From: Pseudomonadota bacterium
Lineage (GTDB): Bacteria; Pseudomonadota; Alphaproteobacteria; CADEGL01
Assembly (NCBI GenBank): GCA_027619995.1
Contig: JAQCGR010000003.1
Span: 1-38,094, forward strand
Length of the DNA: 38,094 nt
Direction: 5' to 3'
Part shown: in pieces, positions 27,070 to 35,661 of the stretch
How positions within the stretch are numbered: the first letter of the stretch is position 1
Layout of the letters: the number at the start of each line of letters is the position of its first letter
Notes under the pieces: generated by a model
Database searches by the model: none
What the model was told of the DNA's origin: nothing
The model's input: only the letters and a program-made list of their open reading frames with translations
Position numbers and translations under genes: made by a program

Positions 27070-28089
27070 CTAGGAACCGTGGCGCGCGACGGCGCGCACG
27101 GCATCGGCGATGCGCGCGGCATCCGGCAGATAGGCGGCTTCGAGCGGCGGCGAGAAGGGCACCGGGGTATGGGGCGGCGCGACCTTGCGGATCGGTGCTT
27201 TCAGGGAATCGAATGCCTTTTCGGCAACCATCGAGGAAATATCCGCCCCCATGCTGCAGCGCGGATAGGATTCGTCGACCACGACCAGACGGCCCGTGTT
27301 CTCGACGCTCTCCAGGATCGTGTCCTCGTCCATGGGCGAGGTCGTGCGCGGATCGATGACCTCGCACTCGATACCTTCCGCGGCCAGGGTCTCGGCCGCC
27401 TCCATCGCCATATGGGCCATGCGGGCGAGAGCGACGATGGTGACGTCCCCGCCTTCGCGCAGGATGCCGGCCTCACCGAAGGGCAGGGTATAGGACTCCT
27501 CCGGCACCTCGGTCTCGGCATCGTAGAGCTTCTTATGCTCGAAGAAGATGACCGGCGAATTGTCGCGGATCGCTTCGATCAGCAACCCCTTGGCGTCATA
27601 GGCATTGGAGGGGATGACGCATTTCAGGCCGGGGATATGGGTGAAGATCGGATAGAGGCACTGGGAGTGCTGGGCCGCGGCCGAGAAGCCGCCGCCGATC
27701 TGGGTGCGGACGACGACCGGGCATTCCGCCTTGCCGCCGAACATGTAGCGGAACTTGGCCGCCTGATTGAAAATCTGGTCGAAGCAGACGCCGAGAAAAT
27801 CGACATACATCAATTCGACGATGGCGCGCATGCCCGTCGTCGAGGCACCGATCGCCGCGCCGATAAAGGCGGATTCGCTGATCGGCGTGTCGATCACCCG
27901 ATCGCGCCCGAAGCGCGGGCCCAGCCCCTTGGTCGTGCCCTGGGTGCCGCCCCAGGCATCGCCCTCGAGCCAATCGACACCAAGGCCGCCCATGATGTCC
28001 TCGCCCATGACGATCACCGATTCGTCACGCTCCATCTCTTGATGCATCGCCTCGTTGATCGCCTGGCGCATGCTGAGTTTTCTGGCCAT
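27070..28089 (-). CDS. acoB: TPP-dependent acetoin dehydrogenase E1 beta subunit
   Basis: AINEA, DTPISESAFIG, DQIFNQAAK.RYMFGG, AAQHSQ, FEHK, IDPRT.SP. Confidence 0.92.
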   Translation of the reverse strand: MARKLSMRQAINEAMHQEMERDESVIVMGEDIMGGLGVDWLEGDAWGGTQGTTKGLGPRFGRDRVIDTPISESAFIGAAIGASTTGMRAIVELMYVDFLGVCFDQIFNQAAKFRYMFGGKAECPVVVRTQIGGGFSAAAQHSQCLYPIFTHIPGLKCVIPSNAYDAKGLLIEAIRDNSPVIFFEHKKLYDAETEVPEESYTLPFGEAGILREGGDVTIVALARMAHMAMEAAETLAAEGIECEVIDPRTTSPMDEDTILESVENTGRLVVVDESYPRCSMGADISSMVAEKAFDSLKAPIRKVAPPHTPVPFSPPLEAAYLPDAARIADAVRAVARHGS

Positions 28090-28113
28090 CGCTCGCCCCT
28101 CCCCCGAACTGAA

Positions 28114-29082
28114 CTAGTAAGTCACGTAAACGTCGGTCAGCACCTCGGCCGCATCCGGCCAGGGCGCCGCGCGAGCGGCTGCGGTTGCCACATCCATCTG
28201 ATCGAGAATTTCCCGGTCGATGGCGTCGAGTTCGGCCGCATCCAGCAGCGAAGCCTCGGTCACACGGCGCCGGAAGTTGACCAGAGGGCAACGTGACTCG
28301 CGCGCGTTCCGCACCTCGTCGGGCGTCCGGTAGGACTGGTTGTCGCCCTGGTGATGGCCGTAGAAGCGGGTCAGAGTGACCTCGATCAGGCTGGGCCCGC
28401 CGCCCTTTCGCGCACGATCGATCGCCTCGCCCGCCGCCTCGTGAACGGCGAAGAAATCGGTGCCGTCGACCTGCACCCCAGGCATCGCGAAAGCCTCGGC
28501 CCGGCGCACGATATCGCCGCCGGCGACCGACCAGTTGGCCGCGGTGCTTTCGGCGAAACCGTTGTTCTCGAACACGAAAATAACCGGAAGCTGCATCACC
28601 GACGCCAGGTTCATGCTCTCCAGGGTCGTGCCCTGGTTGGAGCCGCCATCGCCCGTAAAGGTGACGGCGACGCCGCCCGTCTTCTTGATCTTGGCGGTCA
28701 TCGCCGCGCCGCAGGCCAGCGGCGGGCCGCCGCCCACGATGGCATTCGCGCCCATCATGCCCTGGGACAGATCGGCGACATGCATGGAGCCGCCCTTGCC
28801 GCCGCAGAGCCCGCCTTTGCGCCCGAACAGCTCCAGCATCATCGGCCCGACCTCGCAGCCCTTGGCGATGCAATGGCCATGGCCTCGATGGGTGCTGATG
28901 ATCTGGTCGCTCTTCACCAGATGCGAACAGACGCCCACGGCGGAGGCCTCCTCGCCTGCATAGAGATGCACGAAGCCCGGCAGATCGCCCGTGGCGAATT
29001 CCTTGGCCACCCGCTCCTCGAACTCGCGGATCGTCTTCATGCTTCTGTATGCTTCCAGAAGCTTGTCGCGACTAACCTGCAT
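28114..29082 (-). CDS. acoA: TPP-dependent acetoin dehydrogenase E1 alpha subunit
   Basis: PGFVHLYAGEEA, STHRGHGHCIAKG, GKGGSMH, GDGGSNQG...ENN TPP motif, RFYGH. Confidence 0.92.
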   Translation of the reverse strand: MQVSRDKLLEAYRSMKTIREFEERVAKEFATGDLPGFVHLYAGEEASAVGVCSHLVKSDQIISTHRGHGHCIAKGCEVGPMMLELFGRKGGLCGGKGGSMHVADLSQGMMGANAIVGGGPPLACGAAMTAKIKKTGGVAVTFTGDGGSNQGTTLESMNLASVMQLPVIFVFENNGFAESTAANWSVAGGDIVRRAEAFAMPGVQVDGTDFFAVHEAAGEAIDRARKGGGPSLIEVTLTRFYGHHQGDNQSYRTPDEVRNARESRCPLVNFRRRVTEASLLDAAELDAIDREILDQMDVATAAARAAPWPDAAEVLTDVYVTY

Positions 29083-29122
29083 GATTCTCCCCCTCGATAG
29101 CGCCGTCCTCGGGCGGCCCCGG

Positions 29123-29142
29123 TCAGCTTAACTCAGCTTAAC
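29123..29142. repeat. Perfect 10-bp direct repeat upstream of acoA
   Basis: TCAGCTTAAC TCAGCTTAAC, 41-60 nt upstream of the acoA start. Confidence 0.65.
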
Positions 29143-29206
29143 AGCCTCAAGGCGCGAGCAGGAAGGCGCGGAAGGGAAAGTTTCGGGCGGGCCCGGATTT
29201 GCCCCG

Positions 29207-30031
29207 CTAGGTGCCGATCTTGAGCGGCGAGACCAGACCCTTGAGGGTGGCGATGGCGTTCAATGGAGTCAGTTTGCCCGTTGCCGGATTCTCAACACTG
29301 GGCACCCCGGCGATGGTCATTTCGAAACGGGTCTCGGCGCTTTCCACCCGGATCGTATGGGTGTTGCGGTCGAGGCCCGGATCCGCCCAGATCTCGTAGC
29401 GCGTCTCGTCCGGGCCGATTCCCGCCAGCGCCAGGGCGACGGAGACATTGACGTTGGCCGGAAATTTCTGCGCCGCGTCGCGCACAGAACCCTCATAGAG
29501 CTTCACCGGTCCAGTCAGAGCGTCGAGATCGATCCCCTGTTCCTTGACGAAAGGCGCCGAGCGCAGGCCGGCGGGCGGTTTGCGCGTGACCATGACGACC
29601 TCGTGCACCGTGCCCTCGGCGGCCGCGCGCACGGCGTCGAGTCCCAAGATCGCGCCGGTCGGCACGATGATCCGCCCCCCGGTCTCACGCGCCCGGTCGA
29701 CCAGTTCCATATTGACCAGAAGGGCCGTGACCGTGAGTGGAATGAGGATCTTTCCAGCCTCCACCACCGGCCGAGCGAGGTCCAGGAATCGCGCCGGCGG
29801 CAGACCCTCGACCAGCACATCCGACAACTCGACCAACTCGTCCAGCCCGACGACGGGCGGGGGCGTCCGGAAATCGGCGGTCCGGGCCTCGGCACGCGCC
29901 TTGTCGGAGGCGGAGACCCCGGCCAGAACCAGGCCCTCGATCCCCGCATCCAATGCCCTTGCGACCGGCATCCCGACCGCGCCCAACCCGGCCACGCCGA
30001 CCCGCAGCGGCGACTTGTCCATCCTGCCCAT
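29207..30031 (-). CDS. nadX: L-aspartate dehydrogenase family protein (alternative start 30022)
   Basis: GLGAVG, GAILGLDAV.AA, TRKPP, FPANVNV, WADP, N.H.I, PS.ENP.T. Confidence 0.85.
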   Translation of the reverse strand: MGRMDKSPLRVGVAGLGAVGMPVARALDAGIEGLVLAGVSASDKARAEARTADFRTPPPVVGLDELVELSDVLVEGLPPARFLDLARPVVEAGKILIPLTVTALLVNMELVDRARETGGRIIVPTGAILGLDAVRAAAEGTVHEVVMVTRKPPAGLRSAPFVKEQGIDLDALTGPVKLYEGSVRDAAQKFPANVNVSVALALAGIGPDETRYEIWADPGLDRNTHTIRVESAETRFEMTIAGVPSVENPATGKLTPLNAIATLKGLVSPLKIGT

Positions 30032-30044
30032 TCCGCGTCCCTTT

Positions 30045-31070
30045 CTAAGCCGCCGCACGTTCCGATCCACCACCCGCAACCGCGGCCAGGGCCCGCTCCA
30101 CGACCTCGGGGCCGGCCCCGGTCGCATGAACCTCCGTGCTGAGGATACGCCGCCATTGCCGTGCGCCGGGTACGCCCTGAAACAGCGAAATCATATGCCG
30201 GGTGACGGTATGCAGGCGCAGGCCGGCGCCGAGTTGTCGCTCGATATAGGGCAGCATGGCAGCCACCACCTCGGCCCGGCTCGGCACCTCATCACCGGCA
30301 CCGAAGAAACGGCGGTCCGCGCCCGCCAGGAGATAGGGGTCGCGGTAGGCCGCGCGGCCGATCATCACCCCGTCGACCGGGCCGAGATGGCCTGCCGCCG
30401 CATCCAGATCGTCGATGCCGCCGTTGATCGAAACGTCGAGATCCGGCCGCTCGGCCTTGAGGCGATGCACCAGTTCGTGGCGCAGGGGCGGCACGCTGCG
30501 GTTCTGCTCCGGACTCAACCCTTCCAGCCAAGCTTTGCGGGCATGGACGATGAAACGCGTACAACCTGCGGCCGAGACGATCTCCACAAAATTCGACAGG
30601 GCGGGCCATTCCTCCTGCTCGTCGATGGCGATGCGCGATTTCACGCTGACCGGCAGGGGCGTGGCCGCGCGCATGGCCGAAACGCAGGCGGCCACCGTCT
30701 CCGGCTCCGCCATCAGGCAGGCGCCGAAGCGGCCCGATTGCACCCGGTCGCTGGGGCAGCCGACATTGAGGTTGATCTCGTCATAACCGAAATCCGCGGC
30801 AATCCGCGCGCATTCGGCCAAGGAGGCCGGGTCGGCGCCGCCGAGTTGCAGGGCGACGGGATGTTCGTCCGGGTCGAAGGCGAGATGGCGTACGCGGTCG
30901 CCGTGAATCACGGCATTGGCCGTGACCATCTCTGAATAGAGCAGGGTATGGCGCGTGATACGCCGGAACAGATAGCGGCAATGCCGATCGGTCCAGGCCA
31001 TCATCGGGGCGACGGCCAGGGGCATGGGATAGTTCAGGGGATACCGCAGTGATTCGCTCGGCATTGTCAT
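30045..31070 (-). CDS. dusA: tRNA-dihydrouridine(20/20a) synthase (start uncertain: 31070 or 31064)
   Basis: VAPMM.WTDRHCRY, EHPVALQLGG, NLNVGCPSDRVQSGRFGACLM, VHARKAWL.GLSP..NR..PPL, INGGI, GVMIGRAAY. Confidence 0.95.
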   Translation of the reverse strand: MTMPSESLRYPLNYPMPLAVAPMMAWTDRHCRYLFRRITRHTLLYSEMVTANAVIHGDRVRHLAFDPDEHPVALQLGGADPASLAECARIAADFGYDEINLNVGCPSDRVQSGRFGACLMAEPETVAACVSAMRAATPLPVSVKSRIAIDEQEEWPALSNFVEIVSAAGCTRFIVHARKAWLEGLSPEQNRSVPPLRHELVHRLKAERPDLDVSINGGIDDLDAAAGHLGPVDGVMIGRAAYRDPYLLAGADRRFFGAGDEVPSRAEVVAAMLPYIERQLGAGLRLHTVTRHMISLFQGVPGARQWRRILSTEVHATGAGPEVVERALAAVAGGGSERAAA

Positions 31071-31171
31071 GGCGCCATAGGAACGCCGCGCACCCGCAAA
31101 AGGCAAGGTCGGCTCATGGCTCTCGGCATCCGGAGGCGGTTTGGCGGACCATTTAGGGGAACGGGTCGCTA

Positions 31172-32056
31172 TCAAGCGTAGTAGATTGCCCCGGGAACGT
31201 AGGCCTCTGGAAGGTCGAGGCCCGGGGGCATATCCCTGTTCAGCTGAAAGCGCTCGGGAAGAAAGTGCGTGTTCGGCCCGTACGTCAAAGATGCGTTCGG
31301 CGGCGAGATCGGCGTTCGAATTTCGATTCGTCCCAGCCTTGTCTCAACGACCCGCGTCGCGTTTTCGTCACTCAATGTCGGACCCAGTTCCGGAAGAAAA
31401 GCAGGCAATTGCATGCCTTCGCGCGATCGAAGTTCGGCGGCACATCGCTCGCTTTGCGCGCGGACACAGAATCGAATGTTCGCCGAACCCAGCCCCAGGT
31501 CATAAAGCGGGCACTGCCTGTCGGCGCGTCGGATCGCTGCAGTATCCGGCCCACGCAAGGTCAGGCTGTCGACGGCCCGCAGAGCCCGCTTCGCCCTTGG
31601 CACGGCGAGGACGATTCTTTCCGTCCCGCTGAGACCTGATGCCCCAGTATCCACCCTCAAAGCTCGAACGCCCTGATCGCCAGTAAGACGCAAGGCGGCG
31701 CGCGGCGTCACGGCTTCGATCGTGGCATCCTTGCGGGTCACGACAACAACTTCGTCGCGGTCACGGATGAATTCGGCGACGGCACCGTATACGCCAAACA
31801 CCCATGTTCCCTCACCGGATCGCAGCGTCCGCTCGACGTATTCCAGGATGTCGATTTCGAGCCACGGCAAACGGCTCACGACGATTCCGAGTTCGGCGAA
31901 CCGGGCGAGGAGACCATCCCAAACGCGCTGGCGCTGGCTTTCGGCCATCGTGCGCCAGTTGGATAACTCCTCTGCCGTCCTGCCGCAGCCCAGGCAGTAA
32001 TCACTCGATCCGCCGAATCGGCAGATGCCGACGCAAGGACTCGCGATAGCTGTCAT
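31172..32056 (-). CDS. Uncharacterised protein: N-terminal DUF1289 Cys motif fused to a ~230-aa domain of unknown function
   Basis: SPCVGIC...CLGCGRT.EE...W at the N-terminus; C-domain motifs WVFGVYGAVAEF, RFCVR, GRIEI, GPNTHFLP; 23 nt downstream of cbtA on the same strand. Confidence 0.8.
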   Translation of the reverse strand: MTAIASPCVGICRFGGSSDYCLGCGRTAEELSNWRTMAESQRQRVWDGLLARFAELGIVVSRLPWLEIDILEYVERTLRSGEGTWVFGVYGAVAEFIRDRDEVVVVTRKDATIEAVTPRAALRLTGDQGVRALRVDTGASGLSGTERIVLAVPRAKRALRAVDSLTLRGPDTAAIRRADRQCPLYDLGLGSANIRFCVRAQSERCAAELRSREGMQLPAFLPELGPTLSDENATRVVETRLGRIEIRTPISPPNASLTYGPNTHFLPERFQLNRDMPPGLDLPEAYVPGAIYYA

Positions 32057-32079
32057 GGAATTGCGTGAACCGCCTGCAT

Positions 32080-32826
32080 TCAGCCAAGCCGGCGATAGAA
32101 TGCCGCCGAAAATCCGCCGATCAGCACCCAGGAAATGGCGCTGACGACAATGGATGCTGCGACAAAGTGCCCGGCGAGTTCCGGAGGCACGGCGCCGCCG
32201 ATTGCTTCCGGATTCGGCGCGCCCACCACGTGCGGGATAACCATGGCCAGGACGCCGGCGGCCTTCCAGTAAAGCTTGTCAGTAAAGACCAGCAGGCCCA
32301 GACCGAGCGCCGCGCCGACGGCCACAAAAACCCACCATTGCTGGCGCGCCCCGAGTTCGGCCGCCATGGTTCCGGGAAGTTCCGGCGGCAAGCCAAGACC
32401 TGGCGCAAGCGTGAAGACGACGAAACCGGCTGCGCCCCACAGGACGCCCGTTCCCACTGAAACAGGCTTTCCGCTAAGGACCATTCCGGCGACAACGAGA
32501 AGGGAGAATCCCGTTGCGACGAGGATGTTCGCCAATGTCGTGTATAGCGTCCGCTCCAATCCGTCCGCCGGAGCCCAGCCTTCCTCTTCCCCCATGACCG
32601 GCGCGCCATCCTCGACACGATGCACGAGTGTCGCGGCCGAGTTGTCGAAAACGGCCGGCTGGAAGCCGTTTGTTCCCGGCAACGTAGCGCTGTGCTGGTG
32701 TCCGCCGCCTTCATATTCCTCGGCATGCAGGATAATCGGCGTGGTGGTGACGCTCTGAATCCCGGAAATCAGGACACCCACAAGCAAGCCGGCGGCAATA
32801 GCCGCCAGCAAAACCCGTCGAATCAT
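32080..32826 (-). CDS. cbtA: Putative cobalt transporter subunit CbtA
   Basis: AG...G, PIILHAEEYE, His-containing loop, EGWAPADGLER, LWG..GF..F.LAP.LGLPPELPG, RQ.WW, PHVVGAP. Confidence 0.92.
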   Translation of the reverse strand: MIRRVLLAAIAAGLLVGVLISGIQSVTTTPIILHAEEYEGGGHQHSATLPGTNGFQPAVFDNSAATLVHRVEDGAPVMGEEEGWAPADGLERTLYTTLANILVATGFSLLVVAGMVLSGKPVSVGTGVLWGAAGFVVFTLAPGLGLPPELPGTMAAELGARQQWWVFVAVGAALGLGLLVFTDKLYWKAAGVLAMVIPHVVGAPNPEAIGGAVPPELAGHFVAASIVVSAISWVLIGGFSAAFYRRLG

Positions 32827-32839
32827 GTTTCGTGATCCG

Positions 32840-33037
32840 TCAGTGGCAGGGAAAAGCGAAGGCATGCCGTGCATCGTGCGCGGCGTTGTGCAGCACGTTC
32901 GGGCTGGCGAAGCCTGTACCTGCGATCAGAAACACGCCAAGCAGAATGGCGGCAACGGCAGCGTAGATTGCATTGACTCTTTCGCCAGTGACAACGGGAT
33001 GCGACTGCGCCGATGACGTCTTGGAGATTGGTTCCAT
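32840..33037 (-). CDS. cbtB: Putative cobalt transporter subunit CbtB
   Basis: Single TM followed by C-terminal HNAAHDARHAFAFPCH; AAGGGGAG RBS. Confidence 0.93.
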   Translation of the reverse strand: MEPISKTSSAQSHPVVTGERVNAIYAAVAAILLGVFLIAGTGFASPNVLHNAAHDARHAFAFPCH

Positions 33038-33120
33038 CTTGATCTCCCCTTTTGGCGCACCCTGCGTGCGCTATGGGCAAAAGTTAGCCGATGAGCGAAA
33101 AACGAGGCTCATCGACGATC

Positions 33121-33290
33121 TGACGAGGCAGGTCTTCTGGCTTCCGGATCCTCGCCCGATGCGTTCCGCCTTCCCAGCGCGACAGCGCCAGTGGCGTGAT
33201 ACGAACGCAGACTCCCCGGTCACAGCTGCGGGGCAGCGCCGGATTCGCACCGGCTTCCCTCTTGCCCGATTCACACCAGGCACCCCATCA
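33121..33290 (-). ncRNA. Cobalamin (B12) riboswitch
   Basis: Minus strand has GGTGC...AAGAGGGAAGCCGGTGCGAATCCGGCGCTGCCCCGCAGCTGTGA...GCCACTG...CTGGGAAGGC...GAAGCCAGAAGACCTGCC (B12 box); P1 TGATGGGG pairs with CCTCGTCA; upstream of cbtBA. Confidence 0.95.
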
Positions 33291-33298
33291 CAATTTTT

Positions 33299-33328
33299 AG
33301 CCTAGCTACCTTTAACAAGACGGGTCAA
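33299..33328 (-). promoter_or_regulatory. Sigma-70-type promoter of the riboswitch-cbtBA unit
   Basis: TTGACC-N18-TAGGCT, placing the start site just before riboswitch P1. Confidence 0.6.
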
Positions 33329-33501
33329 CCTTACAAGACCCCTCGGGTCATTCATAAGCCCGCCAGATACTCCCAGAGCACCCTGTTCGACGGCGATCGT
33401 CTCGCGGGATAGAGCGGCATCATTTCGGGACGCGGCAATGAACTACGCGCCCTCGGACGTTGAACTGGTGTTTGATCCGGGCCCAGGCGAAAGGCGACCT
33501 C

Positions 33502-33942
33502 ATGGCCCATACCTATCTGTCTTCCTGCCATTGCGGAAATCTATCCGCGCGCTACGAGTGCACCAGCGCCACGGGAGCCTTGCCCCTGCGCGCCTGCGGC
33601 TGCGGGTTCTGCCGCAAACACAATGCGCGCACGACCTCGGATCCCAAGGGGCGCGCCGAGATCGTGGTGCGCGATCCCGCCGCGCTGACGCGCTATCGCT
33701 TCGGCCAGCGCACGGCCGATTTCCTGGTCTGCGGCAATTGCGGCGTCTATCTCGGCGCCCTGTTCACGGATGAGGACGGCGCCGCCTACGCCACCCTGAA
33801 TGCCAATACCTTCGCCAATGCCCAGGCCCTGCCCGACACGGTCGAGACGGTTCAGTACGAGCAGGAATCGGCGGCTGAGAAGAATGCCCGGCGCCGGATC
33901 CGCTGGACCCCTGCCAGCCTGCGCATCGCCGGCGTGGATTAG
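33502..33942 (+). CDS. GFA/CENP-V family Zn-binding protein
   Basis: SCHCG, CGCGFCRKH, YRFG..TADF..C..CG. Confidence 0.88.
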   Translation: MAHTYLSSCHCGNLSARYECTSATGALPLRACGCGFCRKHNARTTSDPKGRAEIVVRDPAALTRYRFGQRTADFLVCGNCGVYLGALFTDEDGAAYATLNANTFANAQALPDTVETVQYEQESAAEKNARRRIRWTPASLRIAGVD

Positions 33943-33975
33943 GTTTCCGAATGCGATCCTCGCCGGCGATCGCCG

Positions 33976-35511
33976 TCACATTTCCTCATCCGCCAGCCGC
34001 TTCCGCAGCACGGTCTTGAGAGTCTTGCCGTAGTTGTTTTTGGGCAGGGCATCCAGGATGCGATAGCCCTTGGGCCGTTTGAAGCGCGCGATCCGCTCCA
34101 GGCAAAGGCGATCCAGTTCCTCCGGGCTGGGTTCCGCCCCCGGCTTGGGCACGATGAAGGCGAAGACAGTCTCGCCCCAATCGGGATCGGGCCGGCCGAT
34201 CACCGAGACCTCCGCGACCCCGTCATGGGCCAGCAGCGCCTCCTCCACCTCGCGCGGATAGATGTTGGAACCGCCGCTGATGATCAGATCCTTGGACCGG
34301 TCCATCAGGGTCAGGAAGCCATCGCCATCCAGCCGCCCGATATCGCCGGTGTGCAGCCAGCCACCGCGCAGGGTTTGGGCCGTCGATTCGGGATCGCGCC
34401 AATAGCCGGCCATGACCGTCTCGCCCCGCACCAAGATCTCCCCCGCCTCGCCCACCGCCACCGGGCGGTCCTCCGGATCGGTCAGGCGCAGATCGACCAG
34501 AGTCTGGGCCGTCCCGACGGAGGACAGGCGCGCCTCGTGGCGCGGATCGTCGCGGTCGGCATGATCGGCCTTGGTCAAGGCGGTGATCGTCATGGGCGAT
34601 TCGCCTTGGCCGTAGATCTGCGCGAGCTTGTTGCCGAACGCGGCCAGCGCGCGCCGACAATCGCCGAGATACATGGGCGCGCCGCCATAGACGATGGTCT
34701 TCAGATTGGCGGTATCCGCCGAGGCGGCGAGAGGGCTTTCGGCGAGGCGATGGACCATGGTTGGCGCTGCGAAGATCGTGGCCTTCCGGTGGGCCGGCAG
34801 CAGGGCGAAAATCTCCGCCGGGTCGAAGCCGCCGCTCTCCGGCATCACCTGGGTCGCGGCCTTTGCCATATGGGGCAGGACGTAAAGGCCGGAGCCGTGG
34901 GACAGGGGTGCGGCATGAAGGATCGAATCGCCCGGCGCGATGGTATCCACATCCATGAAATAGCAGGCCGTCATGGCCATCAGGTTGCGATGGGTCAGCA
35001 TCGCGCCCTTGGGCCGGCCGGTCGTGCCGCTGGTGTAGAACAGCCAGGCCAGATCGTCGAGCGCGGCCTCGGCCGGATCGCCGCCCTCCGCCGCGCAGAA
35101 GCTTTCCCAATCCTTCGAGCCCGCGATCAGGATCGTCGGCGCCATCGCCGCATCGCGCGCGGCATCGGCCGCCGTCTCGGCGAGATCGCCGGTGACGAGG
35201 CAGGCCCCGGCTTCGCTATGGCCGAGGATGTAGCCGATTTCCCTGGCGTGCAGCTTGGCGTTGATCGGCACCGCGGCCAGCCCCGCCCACCAGCAGGCGA
35301 ACAGCGCCTCCAGATAGGCCGGATGGTTTCGCATCAGGATCGCCACCCGGTCGCCTCGGGCCAGACCCAATCGACCGCGCAGCCCAGCGGCCAGTCCCGC
35401 GGTTCGCCGCGCCAACGCGGCATGGTCCAGGACCGGCACGGCCCCCAGGGCGACGGCCGTGCGCGCCGGATGCAGGCGCGCCGCGCGGGCGAGCAATTGG
35501 GCGAGATTCAT
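33976..35511 (-). CDS. AMP-binding acyl-CoA synthetase
   Basis: WLFYTSGTTGRPKG, QIYGQGE, GWLHTGD, DRSKDLIISGG.NIYPREVE, LPKNNYGK; MNLAQLL start. Confidence 0.92.
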   Translation of the reverse strand: MNLAQLLARAARLHPARTAVALGAVPVLDHAALARRTAGLAAGLRGRLGLARGDRVAILMRNHPAYLEALFACWWAGLAAVPINAKLHAREIGYILGHSEAGACLVTGDLAETAADAARDAAMAPTILIAGSKDWESFCAAEGGDPAEAALDDLAWLFYTSGTTGRPKGAMLTHRNLMAMTACYFMDVDTIAPGDSILHAAPLSHGSGLYVLPHMAKAATQVMPESGGFDPAEIFALLPAHRKATIFAAPTMVHRLAESPLAASADTANLKTIVYGGAPMYLGDCRRALAAFGNKLAQIYGQGESPMTITALTKADHADRDDPRHEARLSSVGTAQTLVDLRLTDPEDRPVAVGEAGEILVRGETVMAGYWRDPESTAQTLRGGWLHTGDIGRLDGDGFLTLMDRSKDLIISGGSNIYPREVEEALLAHDGVAEVSVIGRPDPDWGETVFAFIVPKPGAEPSPEELDRLCLERIARFKRPKGYRILDALPKNNYGKTLKTVLRKRLADEEM

Positions 35512-35661
35512 CTGTTCGACCGGTTTCGTTGGCGCCGTCACCTTGGCCGGACCGGCCGCCTCGGCACAAGAGCGGGTCCGGCAATGCCCTTCGAACCCCG
35601 CCGCCATGACTTGCGCGGCGGACCGATTCGCGAAACCCTGTCCCGACGGGGGAGGAATGCG

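Noticed and set aside
299-30935. Many long antisense or alternate-frame ORFs (299..1633, 3291..4907, 11169..12512, 16568..17902, 27079..28296, 29544..30935 and others)
   Set aside because: Shadow ORFs expected at high GC3; they have no recognisable motifs and overlap well-supported genes
33415-33437. GGCATCATTTCGGGACGCGG as a second att copy of the dusA 5' sequence (CCATCATCGGGGCGACGG)
   Set aside because: The similarity is too short and gapped to distinguish from chance, and no integrase is present
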